A stretch of DNA of 64,000 bases from Guillardia theta CCMP2712 (lineage: Eukaryota; Protista; Cryptophyta): contig NW_005434664.1 in the NCBI RefSeq assembly GCF_000315625.1, forward strand, positions 891,462-955,461, written 5' to 3'. Below are positions 1 to 12,122 of the stretch, piece by piece. Numbering within the stretch: the stretch's first letter is position 1; every line of letters starts with the position of its first letter. The position numbers were made by a program, and so were the translations under genes. The notes beneath the pieces are model-generated. The model did not search any database. It was not told the origin of the DNA and saw only the letters and a list, made by a program, of their open reading frames with translations.

Positions 1-3000
1 TACTTTCTATGACTCTACCCGTGTCAGGAATGGAAAAATACAAACGATCGGCCGCAGACGGCAAGATCCTCAAGTAGACAAGAGGAGCTACGGTTGTGGT
101 CTGACCTGAATCGCAGGGCAGTCCCAACCAACAACAAGTCGAGCAGAGGCAGTAAAAGTCTAGCGATGCGACGAGATGACGCTTGTTTCAGATGAAGACA
201 GCTCGATCTGATGGGTCTTCCTTGTTGCATTACGAGCAGAGGAAGATAAAGCTGAGCAACAACATCGTTGAGAAGGTAAATTGGGGAGAGCAAAGAAGTC
301 TCTTTACGCGTACGCCTCGATCAGTTTCAGATGGAGATCGAGGAGTTGGAGAGGAAGATGAATGCTCTCATGGACGAGTCTGACGCCTGTTCCATGCCAA
401 TCATCGTGTTGACGACTTGATAGGAGGAACGTGTTGGAAGAGAAATGCATTTCCCTGCAGGGTGTGCTCAAGGTCAAGGACGACGAAGTGATTGTATGCC
501 TTGCAGGAACTGAGTTGCTGTCTGCTTGTGATGTCGATCACTAGGAATTAACAAGACTCAACAAGAAGATCTTGTTCATGCTCGGTAGACGTGAAGGGAG
601 AGGGGCAAGCTGTTGTCTTGATCGCGTTGTAAAAGGGATGAGAGAAGGAGAAATTGCGGACCTGTACACTCGCATCGAGAAGAATGAAGTGATGCTGTTC
701 CGACAGAGATTGTGATCTTCATCATAACGTCATCGCAGGACGATCTTCTCTTCTTCGAGCCTGCTCCAGGGTCAGCAGCTCGTTCAAGTTCACCATATTT
801 CAACGACATCGATTACAGGTACGAGGCCCTCAACTGCGTCGATGGCATGACAGGAACATGTTAGTGCAAAGAAGATGAACAAGGACTTGGTCGATCTCGA
901 AAGAGATCTCCAAGTCAAGATCAGATACAGTGACAGGATGCAAACGCTCGTCTCAAACGCTGCTGACCTGGCGAGGCAGCGGGTAGAGTTTGAGGCGGCG
1001 AATCGTCCGGTGAGCTGCTAGGGGCAAAGGACTTCACTGACACGCGATCCATCCAGACCTTTGCAGAGGCGCAGAGTCAGACAGTCTGCGACGCCAAGGA
1101 CGTTGAGGTGTTTGACGTCTGATCGAGTCTCGTTGGACTGAACGTGTGTGATGAAGATGCTGTTTGCCGTGGAGGAAGTGACGAGTCAATCCGAAGATCC
1201 GGAAGATGTCAGCACTTGTTTGTTTCTAGTCCTGCCAGCTGATTGAAAGCTTCTCAGATGATGAACTTGATTCGAAAAGAACATCAGTCTAGACGCTTTC
1301 ACGCTGGCGTTCCGCGAGCCTTCAGGGTATGATGGAAGAGCTCGTTCCGGTGATTGAGATTGCATGTCAGAATGTGGTCATGGATTCAAGATCGTGGTTT
1401 GCTCAAAGGGTGAGTAGCTGCTGTCTTTTCTGATGTGAAAGTTCCAGTTCTAGGAAGATGTAATCTTATCCACACAGGATGCTCGGGAGGCAACGATAAA
1501 GATGAAGAAGGAACAACTCGACGCACAGATCATGGTCTACTACTTCACCAAGGTCCCTGACGGCTCTGCAACATGTCGTGACATTCACAAAAACTCAACC
1601 AGAGAGATTGCGACGTCAACGACGAGCTCTTGGGCAAAGACAAGTCGTCTTTAACGGGTTGTGCTGCGCCGGCAACTTGGCAGTGGGGCTGAGTGACTAT
1701 GATCGTTGCAGACTTTCTGCTTGAATATCACTTGTACAGGAGCGACAGCAAGGCAGATTGTGATTTAGAGCTGATGGATCTGATCAATCTGCTGAGACAT
1801 GTTGGACCTGTCACCCTCCCACGACGTGCTTACTCTGATGCAGTTCACCCGCCCGGACGAGCACGCCCGAGTCTCTCATGCTCGCATCTTCGCGCGGTTG
1901 AGTGGGATGAGGTAGGAGGAGGAGGAGGAGGAGGAGGAGGAGGAGGAGGAGGAGGAGGTGATAGTCCGCAGCTTGTCGGGGAAGGAGGGGACTGCTCTGC
2001 CGCAAGAGACTCTTGAGTTCGTTCTGGATGTTGTGTACTTCCTGCACGAGTTCTATGGGGAGCAGGTGGCGGGTCTGATGTGGAGGTGTGAGCGGTGATG
2101 GTGGCGAGTAGATGAGACGGGCTGCCATGTCTGCAAGGCAGAGGGCAGAGACGAAGGCGCTGAAGGATGTAGAGATCTTTGCCAACAGGACGAGGAAGGT
2201 CTCTCCCGCTAGCAATCTCTTCGTGGCAGCGTACAAGGAGAAGGAGAAGATCATGTTCAAGAAATCCTTGGTGAAGTCATCGAGCCCGGTGCTTCTCCTC
2301 GCCCTCAAGGCCGGCAGGTGTGCCGGGTGGTCAAGGAGGCCCTGCTGCTGAGGGCGAACATCGTCTGGAGCCAAGGGGACAACCTCTCGTTCCATGAGGC
2401 GAACAGGTCCCGGCTAGAAAGTCTCGACGTTACTCACGGTCGAGCTGCAGGCTGATGAACTTGGAGCAGGCGCTTGATTTCTCCATCTCTCATTACGAAG
2501 CTGTGCAAACCTTTGCCAGACCGCAAGGCTAGACTCACTTGTTGTGCAGGTGAGGACGATGAGAAGAAGGGCTCTGATGGATAAGTACAAGAACTACATG
2601 TACATCTGCTCTTCACTTGCACAAGAACCATGATGAGCTCGTGGTTCAGCGATGGAGAGGGGGTGATAACATGCAAACAATTCCATTCAATCATGCAGGA
2701 GATCGACAACGAGGTCCCCGAGGCTCAAGTACCGACAGCTGCTTGCGTTGCAGCTCCTTGCTCAACTTCCTGCCGCAGATTGATCGAATGTTCCGCAAGA
2801 TAGCAGTGGAGTCAGGGCCGACCAACTTGATAGATGCTGAGGTGTCGCCCCTTTCTTGACCTCAACCGCCAGTCATTCTTCTCCTGTCATGGTAGGTCTT
2901 CTGTGATGTGCTGCAAGAGAACAAGTTCGACCGACCGGCAGAGATCGGAGTCAAGGTTCTCCTGCTGCTGCTCCTCGTTCTCTTCTTCCTCTCCTCTCCT

Positions 3001-3400
3001 CTCCTCTCCTCTCCTCTCCTCTCTCCTCTCCTCTCCTCTCCTCTCCTCTCCTCTCCTCTCCTCTCCTCTCCTCTCCTCTCCTCTCCTCTCCTCTCTTCTC
3101 TCCTCTCCTCTCCTCTCCTCTCCTTGACTGCTCCTGTTGTCAGGTGGTCAACCCGTATGTGTATACCCGGAAGCAGCCCGTGGAAGTTGTTGAAACTGAG
3201 AAAGTGACTGCGAAGAAGAAGGGGAAGGGAAAGACCAAGGTGAGATGTTGATCTTGTACGCACATGACATGATCTCGTCGTAGGTTAAGGAGAAAACGGC
3301 GGAGGAGCAAGATGAAGTTCATGCAGGGGTGAGGAAGGAGATGCGAGTTTCATGCTGTTGATGTGTGAGTCTGATGACTCAGGAAGAGACCGTGACGTGA
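1..3400 (+). CDS. 3' part of a many-exon gene of unknown function (boundaries approximate)
   Basis: Run of short open segments separated by ~40-60 nt GT..AG introns (e.g. MNKDLVDLERDLQVKIR, DFLLEYHLYRSDSKADCDLELMDLINLLR, AETKALKDVEIFANRTRK, VVNPYVYTRKQPVEVVETEKVTAKKKGKGKTK). No family recognised. Confidence 0.5.
2988..3123 (+). repeat. (TCTCC)n microsatellite, intronic
   Basis: Direct pentamer repetition. Confidence 0.95.
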
Positions 3401-3732
3401 AGAGCTGCCATGTTGTTTGCACCAAGACAAGATGGGGAATAACAGTTGTGTTGTAAGTTGCATGAAACATTCACTTGTCAACCAATCATGTCAACAAACA
3501 ACATTTTCCTTCGATCAAAGTTTGCCGTCCTTTGTCACGATCTTCTCATAAATGTGCGGGAAAGCATCGTCGGCATTGTACCTGCGAGGAAACATCTCAG
3601 TTGTCTGCCTCCCTCCTCCATCCACGTTAAAATAAACTGATCCTCCTCCTCCTACCTCCTCCTCCTCTTCCCCATCCCCCCCCATGTTCTTCCTCCTCTT
3701 CCTCCCACCTCCTGCATTAGAAGGCTGACATA

Positions 3733-3991
3733 ATGAACTGGAAGGCCTATGGCTCATTGCGAGTGTGGGACACGGACGTTCACATCTGTCAGTATGTGAA
3801 ACCCGCTCTCCGGGGTATCGGGGGAGTGATCAAGAGCAGGTGGGGAGATTTCAGAGTAACAGAAAGGCGGTTGGAGGATAACTCTTGCGCTGAAATTACG
3901 GACCTGTCATGCCAAGTGAAAGGAGAGCGAGGGAAGTTCCTGAAGTTTGTGCTGTACAAAGCGGGAAGGGATACCTTCGAGATGGTCAGGA
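3733..3991 (+). CDS. PUS7: TruD/PUS7-family pseudouridine synthase, 5' end (runs into gap)
   Basis: DTDVHICQYV..GIGGVIKSRWGDFRVTE and FLKFVLYKAGRDTFE resemble the PUS7 motifs (DVGITEY..GF.G.LK.RY.DF.V.E; F.LYKEN.DT). Confidence 0.75.
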
Positions 3992-4823
3992 NNNNNNNNN
4001 NNNNNNNNNNNNNNNNNNNNNNNNNNNNNNNNNNNNNNNNNNNNNNNNNNNNNNNNNNNNNNNNNNNNNNNNNNNNNNNNNNNNNNNNNNNNNNNNNNNN
4101 NNNNNNNNNNNNNNNNNNNNNNNNNNNNNNNNNNNNNNNNNNNNNNNNNNNNNNNNNNNNNNNNNNNNNNNNNNNNNNNNNNNNNNNNNNNNNNNNNNNN
4201 NNNNNNNNNNNNNNNNNNNNNNNNNNNNNNNNNNNNNNNNNNNNNNNNNNNNNNNNNNNNNNNNNNNNNNNNNNNNNNNNNNNNNNNNNNNNNNNNNNNN
4301 NNNNNNNNNNNNNNNNNNNNNNNNNNNNNNNNNNNNNNNNNNNNNNNNNNNNNNNNNNNNNNNNNNNNNNNNNNNNNNNNNNNNNNNNNNNNNNNNNNNN
4401 NNNNNNNNNNNNNNNNNNNNNNNNNNNNNNNNNNNNNNNNNNNNNNNNNNNNNNNNNNNNNNNNNNNNNNNNNNNNNNNNNNNNNNNNNNNNNNNNNNNN
4501 NNNNNNNNNNNNNNNNNNNNNNNNNNNNNNNNNNNNNNNNNNNNNNNNNNNNNNNNNNNNNNNNNNNNNNNNNNNNNNNNNNNNNNNNNNNNNNNNNNNN
4601 NNNNNNNNNNNNNNNNNNNNNNNNNNNNNNNNNNNNNNNNNNNNNNNNNNNNNNNNNNNNNNNNNNNNNNNNNNNNNNNNNNNNNNNNNNNNNNNNNNNN
4701 NNNNNNNNNNNNNNNNNNNNNNNNNNNNNNNNNNNNNNNNNNNNNNNNNNNNNNNNNNNNNNNNNNNNNNNNNNNNNNNNNNNNNNNNNNNNNNNNNNNN
4801 NNNNNNNNNNNNNNNNNNNNNNN
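3992..4823. other. Assembly gap (N run)
   Basis: 832 N. Confidence 1.
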
Positions 4824-5873
4824 ACAGCCCGACGATGAAGGAGTAGATCTTCTCAGATCGTCGTCCAGATAAGCACGACCCTCCTCCCATCGACGATGAG
4901 GGCTATGATGTGGTGGATGAGGACGACGAGCAGGAGGAGGAGGAGGAGGAGGAGGAGGGAGTGGGGGAAAGTAGACGAGGTAGAGGCCAAGGAGGGAGGA
5001 GGGAGGAGGCGACTTGACCTGCCGCGATCATGGCGGAACAAGTAATCTTCGAGAGGGATGACCTCCGAGCACACGCGAGGGTCTCGAATCATTTCGCTCC
5101 TCTGACAAAGAATGTCAGTTGTCTCCTTCTACCCCTTCCTACTCTCTCCCTCCCCGCAACCTTCCTCCTCTGCACTCCCTCTTCATTCACTGCCTCTCTT
5201 CCCCTATCCACTCCTCCTCTTCGTCCTTTCCCCTCCTTGCCGACCCTTCTCCTCCCCTTCCCATCCTCCTCCTCCCTCTTCAATCTCCGCTGCCAGTTCT
5301 TTCACACCTTCTTCTGCACGTGGCGGAAGTACCATGGGTGGTAAAACTTGTCCAACCGCCGAACCTCTCCGAAGATTCCTGGGCCGACATGAGCGTTTCC
5401 TCCTCCTCCTCCTCCTCCTCCTCCTCCTCCTCCTCGATCATAGCGGTCAGACCTGACTCGGCGGATCCTTTGTCAATCATCCTCCCCTCACACGCCACGA
5501 GGCTGGAGGAGCTGAAGCCAATGCCCTGGGAAAGAAGCAATGCGTAAGAGAGGAGGGGAGGGGAGGAGAAAGTTAAGGGGAAGGGGAGAGGAGGAGGGAG
5601 AGGTGGGAGGGAAGCGGAGAGGAGGAGGAGGAGGGGAAGGGAGAAGGGGGAGGTGGGAGGGAAGAGGAGGGGAGGGGAGGGGAGGATAAAGGTAAGGGGA
5701 AGGGGAGAGGAGGAGGGGGAGGTGGGAGGGAACCAATAGTCACCTCGAGGAAGTCAAGCTCTTCTCTCTTCTCTCCAGTTGCTAGATGAAGTGCAAACTC
5801 AAGGACCTGTCGAGTCGTCAGAAGAAAATGAAGCCGGAAGACGAGAGCATGTTGTTGTTGTTGTTGTTGTTGT

Positions 5874-5957
<84 letters not shown>

Positions 5958-7521
5958 TGATGACGATGACGATGACGATGACGATGACAACTTCTCACAT
6001 TGTCGAAGTGTTCGTAGCTCATGGCAACAAACGGCTCAGCACGAACGAGTTTGATGGTCACGGCTGTGATGACGCCCAGGGTCCCGTAAGAGCCAGGGAG
6101 AGCGAAGAAGAGGTCGGAGAACTGAAACGCTCAAGTCAGACACCAAGTATTACGAATGTCCCCCTCAAATTTGAAAAACTCCTCCTTGAGATTGAAGATC
6201 CTCTCGTTGATTTGATGATTTGAGGACCCCCACCATGAAAACAAGAGCCCTTTCTTCTCACCTCGTTGTCTGCTGTCGCTGTCACGATGTTCCCATCTCC
6301 CAGCACAACCTCCATCCCTGCGATCTGCTGCCCTTTAGAAGTTTGCGCCTCCTGCTCCTGCTCCAGCTCCAGCTCCAGCTCCTGCTCCTGCTCCAGCTCC
6401 TGCTCCAGCTCCTGCTCCTGCTCCCCCCCTCTACCCGCCACTCAATTCGTTCCTGCTCCTGCGGCTCCCCCTCCCTCGTCTCCGTACTCCTCTGCCCCCT
6501 CTTCTGCCTCTTCTGCTTATTGCCAATCTGCCTCCTCCTCTTGCTCCCCTCTTGCTCCCCCTCCCGGTCGCTTCAGCTATTCGTTCTTTCCATCGCCCTC
6601 GCCTCCTCTTCCTCCTCCTCCTCTTTCATACCGAATCATGGAAGAAGCCATGGCGGAAGCTTCCAGACTCTCCTGCGATCCCTGCGATCGCTCCCCCTAC
6701 CGTGATGTGCCGAAACTAACAGCAAAACAGTCATTTCTTCGATCAAACCGTAGTCTCCTCCTCTTGTCCCTTCCATCCTCCCTCTCCCCTTCCTCCTGCT
6801 CCTCCTCCCACCTCGGGCACCACAGGAGGAACAACTCCATAAGGGAGAGTAGCGCGAACCTGACGAATGCTGTCAGACTAGAAACCACAGACGGAAAGCA
6901 GGAGAGAAGATAAGGAAGAGGAAAGAGAAGAGCAAAGGGAGCATCAGCATTAGAAAAGAAGATGAAGGAGGAGACGAGCAGAGACAGCAAAAGGCACGAG
7001 GGGAAAGAAAACGAAAACATCCAAGGAGGCAGGGTGAGGGGAGCATGGGGGAACGGAACCAGGGACTGCATCGTGACTCGTGGCTCAACGAGGGCTAGCC
7101 AGCCGTCCTCCGTCTCCTGCACGCCGATGACTCCGTCCATACCCAGCAGGTCAACTTGAAGGGTCCCATCCTTGTAGGACGAGTCGCGCGGGCAGTGCGA
7201 CTCGCCTCCTCGTCTCTTCATCGTGATGCGCTGGTCGGGCCTGCGCTTGCCCACCGCCTCTGCGATCCTGCGTACATCCTCCGAGTGCTGCTCTAGAGAT
7301 TTCCTCTTCACTCCACTCCCCTCCTCCTCCTCCTCCTCCCTCAGGCTGGACGCCTTATCCCCTCCCTCCTCAAAGAGGCTCTTCCACGCCGCCGCCATTG
7401 CCGACACCGTCCCGCGCCTGCCGAAGGGGATGCCTTCCTTGCGGAAGTCTCGCTCCTCCTCTCCCGTCACCACCGCCATCGTTGCTCGCGCGATTCTTGC
7501 TACAGCTACGGCAGGGCTAGC
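4824..7521 (-). CDS. FAD-linked oxidoreductase, Delta24-sterol reductase (DHCR24/DWF1)-like; multi-exon, 3' end in gap
   Basis: Exons encode WLALVEPRVTM, FRHITVGGAIAGIAGESGSFRHGFFHDS, GMEVVLGDGNIVTATADNE / FSDLFFALPGSYGTLGVITAVTIKLV, KFYHPWYFRHVQK and IPLEDYLFRHDRG, all typical of the DHCR24-like VAO/PCMH FAD family. Confidence 0.85.
5850..5990. repeat. (GTT)n(GAT)n/(GACGAT)n microsatellite in intron
   Basis: Direct repetition; generates spurious poly-D/poly-H/poly-S ORFs. Confidence 0.9.
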
Positions 7522-7771
7522 CTGGCATGAGAGACCGGAGTGAGAAGAAGGCGGAACAAAGGTTGAGGAAGAGGAAGGGGGAGAAGCGATCATGGAGGGG
7601 GGGGAAATTTGATGTGGAAGAGAAAGCAAAGATAGAATGACCGGGTAACGGAGGGAACACTACATCGGAGAGAGGGGAAGGAACGAAGAGATGAGAGGGA
7701 GGAAGGGAAAGGTCGGTTCCAAAGGAGTGAAGAGGAGGGGGAGGGAGAGAGCGTGGGTTTCCAGGCATCAC

Positions 7772-8848
7772 CGCGATACGAGCTGCATTGGTCACAACTT
7801 TCTTCGTCCTTGAAGTCTGACTGACAGTTGGGCTGGCACGTGTGGGACCATTCTCTGCCTTCAACTCGCTCTCCTCCTCGACCCTCGGGGGGTTCCCCTT
7901 GAACACTACCTCACCCGTCTCGTCATCGATGATCATGCAGAACTTCCCGTCGTCGGTCATCTCTGGTTGCCGTAGGATCCTTCCTCGCCACTCGAACACA
8001 TCGGGGCGATCCTTAACAGGCTCGCTCTCCTTAAGGATAGAGCGCCAGATCTCTTGCTCGATCCCCTCCTCCACGGGGATCAGATCGTCCTCCTGTGAGG
8101 CCTCGGACGTCACGCTCCGGGTCCTCGACGGGTTCTCGCTCGTTCCCACATCCAAGTGCTCCTCAAGTATGCGCACCACCTGCTCCTTCCTCATCATCGC
8201 CGCCTGCTTGACAACATTCCTGCCATAGCGATCCATGGCCTCCGGATTTGCTCCCTTGCTCAGGAGAAGCTTCACCAGCTCAGCTGAGCCCGAGCAGGCA
8301 GCTTGCATCAACGCTGTTCTCCCGTTGTAAGTCTTGCCGATACCCTCCACGTCCGCCCCAGCTGCCAGCAGCATCACCGCCGCCTTCAGGTCCTGCTGCA
8401 TCACTGCGAGCATGAGGGCAGTGCGCCCGAACTCGTCCGTCGCATCTGGACTCGCTCCCAGCTGCAGGATCATCTCGATCATGTCTTCTCCTCCTCCCAG
8501 CTGCACAGCCTTGCAGAGTGCGAAGTTGGCACTCACCACATCAGCCTGGATCATGTCTTGAATCACGAGCAGGTCGTTGAGCTTGATCGCGTTCTGCAGC
8601 TCCATGCTCACTGCATTCTGCTGTATGTCGTCTGTCTGGCCCGATCCTGGCCTGATCATCATGCTCGGCATCGATGATCTCCTGACGCGCAGACCTCTTG
8701 GAGTCGGAGCTGGAGGGCGAGGACGAACGGCAGCCGCACGGTGTACTGGCGAACTGATCCGCAGGCCAGCTGGCGCGAAGGAGGAGACACTGTGGCAGGA
8801 TAGGAAGACCACGGCCGTTACCACCAGAAAATCTCTTCCTCTCGACAT
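7772..8848 (-). CDS. Ankyrin-repeat region with bipartite plastid-targeting presequence; probably exon 1 of a fusion with the downstream FAD oxidoreductase
   Basis: MSRGRDFLVVTAVVFLSCHSVSS|FAP signal peptide plus R/S/P-rich transit peptide; ankyrin repeats GRTALMLAV..LLAAGADV and GRTALMQAA..VKLLLSKGANP; the ORF tail below 7771 is pyrimidine-rich and intron-like. Confidence 0.8.
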
Positions 8849-10277
8849 GATTGAGAGTCTCGGTCGCTGCATCCTCTTCATCGGGACCCCGCCGCTCGAG
8901 CCTTCCATGGCAGCGAGTGGCTTCAGGTCGGCAGCTAGGTCACTCGAGCAGAACCTGGAGCGAGCAGAGCAGGAAGACAGGAGGCTTCCTTCAGAAGGAG
9001 AGCGGAGAATCCATGATGTCTCAGCATGATCCTTCCCCCGTCGCGCTTCCTCCTCCTCGCACCTTGCGCGCGCCTCTCCCGCCATGTTGGGCGTCGCCCC
9101 GACGGGCCTGTGAGTAACAAAATATTTAGTTAATCTGTTTTCAGTAGTTAATCCACTATGGTCATAATTACTCACTGAATGAGGTTGGCCTGGCACGCCG
9201 TGCGGCAGTGACGACCCGGCCCGGCCCGGCGAACCCGGCCCGCCGGGCCGGCGTTGAGCGCCGGGCGGCCGGGCGGCGGCGGCCGGTCAACCCGGTGACC
9301 GGACGGACCGGGGTTCACGCCCCGTGCCGGGCGGCCGGCCGCGCCGGGGGGCCCTCAGGGCCTGCGCACTGCCGCCGTGCGACGGTCGGACTGTGACCGT
9401 CGGACTCGTCCGTCAACCATTGAACCCGGCGCGCGGCGCGCGGCGGGGGACTTGCCAGTGAGAGTCCTGCGCGCAGCCTGGCAAGTTAAGTGAAGGTATC
9501 CGTTACTAAGTTTGGGGGACAGCAGTCGGCAGGATTGGGTTTGGTTCTCGCTGTCACACAGTGTCTTTCTCTTCGGGGCTCGCCAGTGTCAGGGTCAAGC
9601 CTCCTCATCTCCTGATTGTCCTCGTACTGATTTTCAACTTAACTTTGAGTAAAGAACCGCTCAACGGCAAAAAATTGTACCGAGGAGGAACTAGATGAGT
9701 AATCATTCATTGAATTCCGCAGCCTGCAGTGCGGCCAGACTCTTCGGCGGGCGGCTTGACGAGCTTCGAGCCTCGGGCAACAAACTCGCCCACCCCTCAT
9801 TTCTCACCATGAACGAACCGGTGGTCATCTCAGGATCTCAACTCCTTAGAGGGCCAGGGGTACTTTTTCGGCATGAAAACAGGGGTAGCACATTGATGTC
9901 CAACGGCATTTTCTATTGGTACAAATTTTACAATAATCCAGTACAAATATATTTTATATTGTTACGATGTTTTAAAATATAATTTTATATGTGTACAGGA
10001 AATTATGACTACCCCTGTGTTTATCAGACTTTGTCGTGTCAAAGGTAGGGTGGGGGTGGGGCAAGGGGGGGGGCGAGGGGAAAGGAAATATAGGAGCAGC
10101 CAAGACGGTGCTTACCAAAGGAAACCTCATCCTCCTCTGCTCTACCTCTTTCTAGAGTTCAACCACTCTTCGCTCTACAGCTGTTCTTTGCTCATTGCCT
10201 TGCTTGCTATTCTTCTTTGATCTATTCGATCCTGCAAACAGTACATCACTACTTGTTTTCCCAGTTGCTTTTTGAGA

Positions 10278-11591
10278 ATGTGTGCACACGTTTCTGCTCC
10301 AAAGACGCCCAAGGCTCAGAGGTCTCCACAGGGAGATCGCTTCATCCCCAAGAGAAGTGCCATGGATGGTGAAATGGCCTTCTTCAACTTGTGTGCTAAT
10401 GAAAACTCAAACCCTCAAACCCCGAGTTCGGCCAAGAAGACGCCAGGTAAGGATCAGTACAAGTCGACACTGGCAGACTCGATGGGAATGGGACAGACCA
10501 ACAAGCCTCACAAGATTCTGACGTTGCAGGCCGATGCCCCCAAGCCACCTGAAGGACACTTGAACAGTCAGCGAGTGCTGTACACGCAGAACAAGGTAAG
10601 TGACATGAAGAAGAAGGTGAGCATGCGGTATATCCCCCAGGCGCCAGAGAAGATCCTTGATGCTCCCGAGCTGATGGATGACTACTACCTCAACCTGCTC
10701 GACTGGTCCAGCACCAACATCCTCGCGGTCGCTCTCTCGCAGACCGTCTACCTCTGGAACGCGTCCACTGGCTCCATCGAAGAGCTCTGCACCACGCAAG
10801 GAGAGGACGACTACATCACCTCGGTTGCGTGGGTGCAGGACGGCAACTACATCGGAGTCGGGACGAACAACCAGGAGGTTCAGATCTGGGACGTGGGCGG
10901 CATGCGACAGATTCGCACGATGAAGGGGCACAGAGGGAGGGTGTCGTCACTGGCCTGGAACAGTCACATCCTGAGCAGCGGAAGCAGAGACAGCTCCATC
11001 ATCCACCATGACGTGCGCATTGCTCAGCACGTGACGGCCAGGCTGGAAGGAGCTCACACGCAGGAAGTTTGCGGGCTCAAGTGGTCGTGCAACGGGCAGC
11101 AGTTGGCCTCTGGCGGCAACGACAACATCCTCAACGTGTGGGACATGGGGCAGACCACGCCACGTCATCAGATCTGTCACCACCAGGCTGCCGTGAAGGC
11201 GCTTGCCTGGTGCCCTCATCAGGTAACAAGGCTGTTCCTCTCCTTCCCTCCATCCCTCCTGTTCTTCTCAACAGCTGAGCCCTTCCCATGCTGAGCCCTT
11301 CCCATCCCCCCTTCTTCCTGCCCCTTGTTCTCGTCATGATCAAGTTGGCAGGCGAACCTCTTGGCGTCGGGAGGAGGGACGGCAGACAGGAAGATCTGCT
11401 TCTGGAACACGACGACAGGAGCCCTGCTGCAGGAGGTCGACACTAACTCGCAGGTATGCTCCCTCATGTGGTCCAAGCACGAGAAGGAGATCCTCTCCTC
11501 GCACGGCTTCACGCAGAACCAGTTGACCCTCTGGAAGTATCCTTCCATGGTCAAGGTTGCGGAGCTCACCGGACACCAGGTCAGTGTCTTT

Positions 11592-11629
<38 letters not shown>

Positions 11630-11911
11630 TCTCCTCTCCTTTCTCCCTCCTTTCCCTCCCTACTGCAACAATGCTCCCTCCCCCTCTTTCTCCTCCTCCT
11701 TCTCCTCCTCCTCCTCCTTCTAGATCTGACCATGATACAGAGCCGCGTTCTTCATCTTGCCTGCTCGCCGGACGGCAACACGGTTGTGTCAGGAGCGGCA
11801 GATGAGACTTTGCGCTTCTGGAAAGTGTTTGGCAACGACAGCTCGAAGCTGGACAAGAGCAAGGCTTCGTTCCAGAGCGCCTCGCTCGCTCGCGCCTCAT
11901 CGATCAGGTAA
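10278..11911 (+). CDS. CDC20: APC/C activator Cdc20/Fizzy (exons 10278-11222, 11352-11579, 11741-11911)
   Basis: C-box DRFIPKR, KILT Mad2-binding-like motif, [21 protein letters not shown]40 repeats, [11 protein letters not shown]-terminal IR tail; GT-AG introns keep the frame. Confidence 0.95.
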
Positions 11912-12122
11912 GTATTTGTTTCTTGTTTGCTAACATGGTTCAGCCTGTCTTGGTTGTTCTCGTCAACATTTTTTGGCTGTTTCTGCTGAGATTGAGCTGG
12001 TTCATAGCCAGCGCAGCCTATCAAGTCAAGAAGGATACCAACGAAGTGAGTGGTAGTTGAAATGATTCATATACAAGAAAAGGGAATAAAGAAACACGTG
12101 ACGATGATAACTTGTACTTCTA

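Noticed and set aside
3907-4890. ORFs spanning N runs (also 38065-39111 and 59299-60267)
   Set aside because: Artefacts of translating assembly gaps
5573-6913. Poly-H/D/M/S/Q ORFs (also 16303-16777 and 60720-61006)
   Set aside because: Translations of intronic microsatellites
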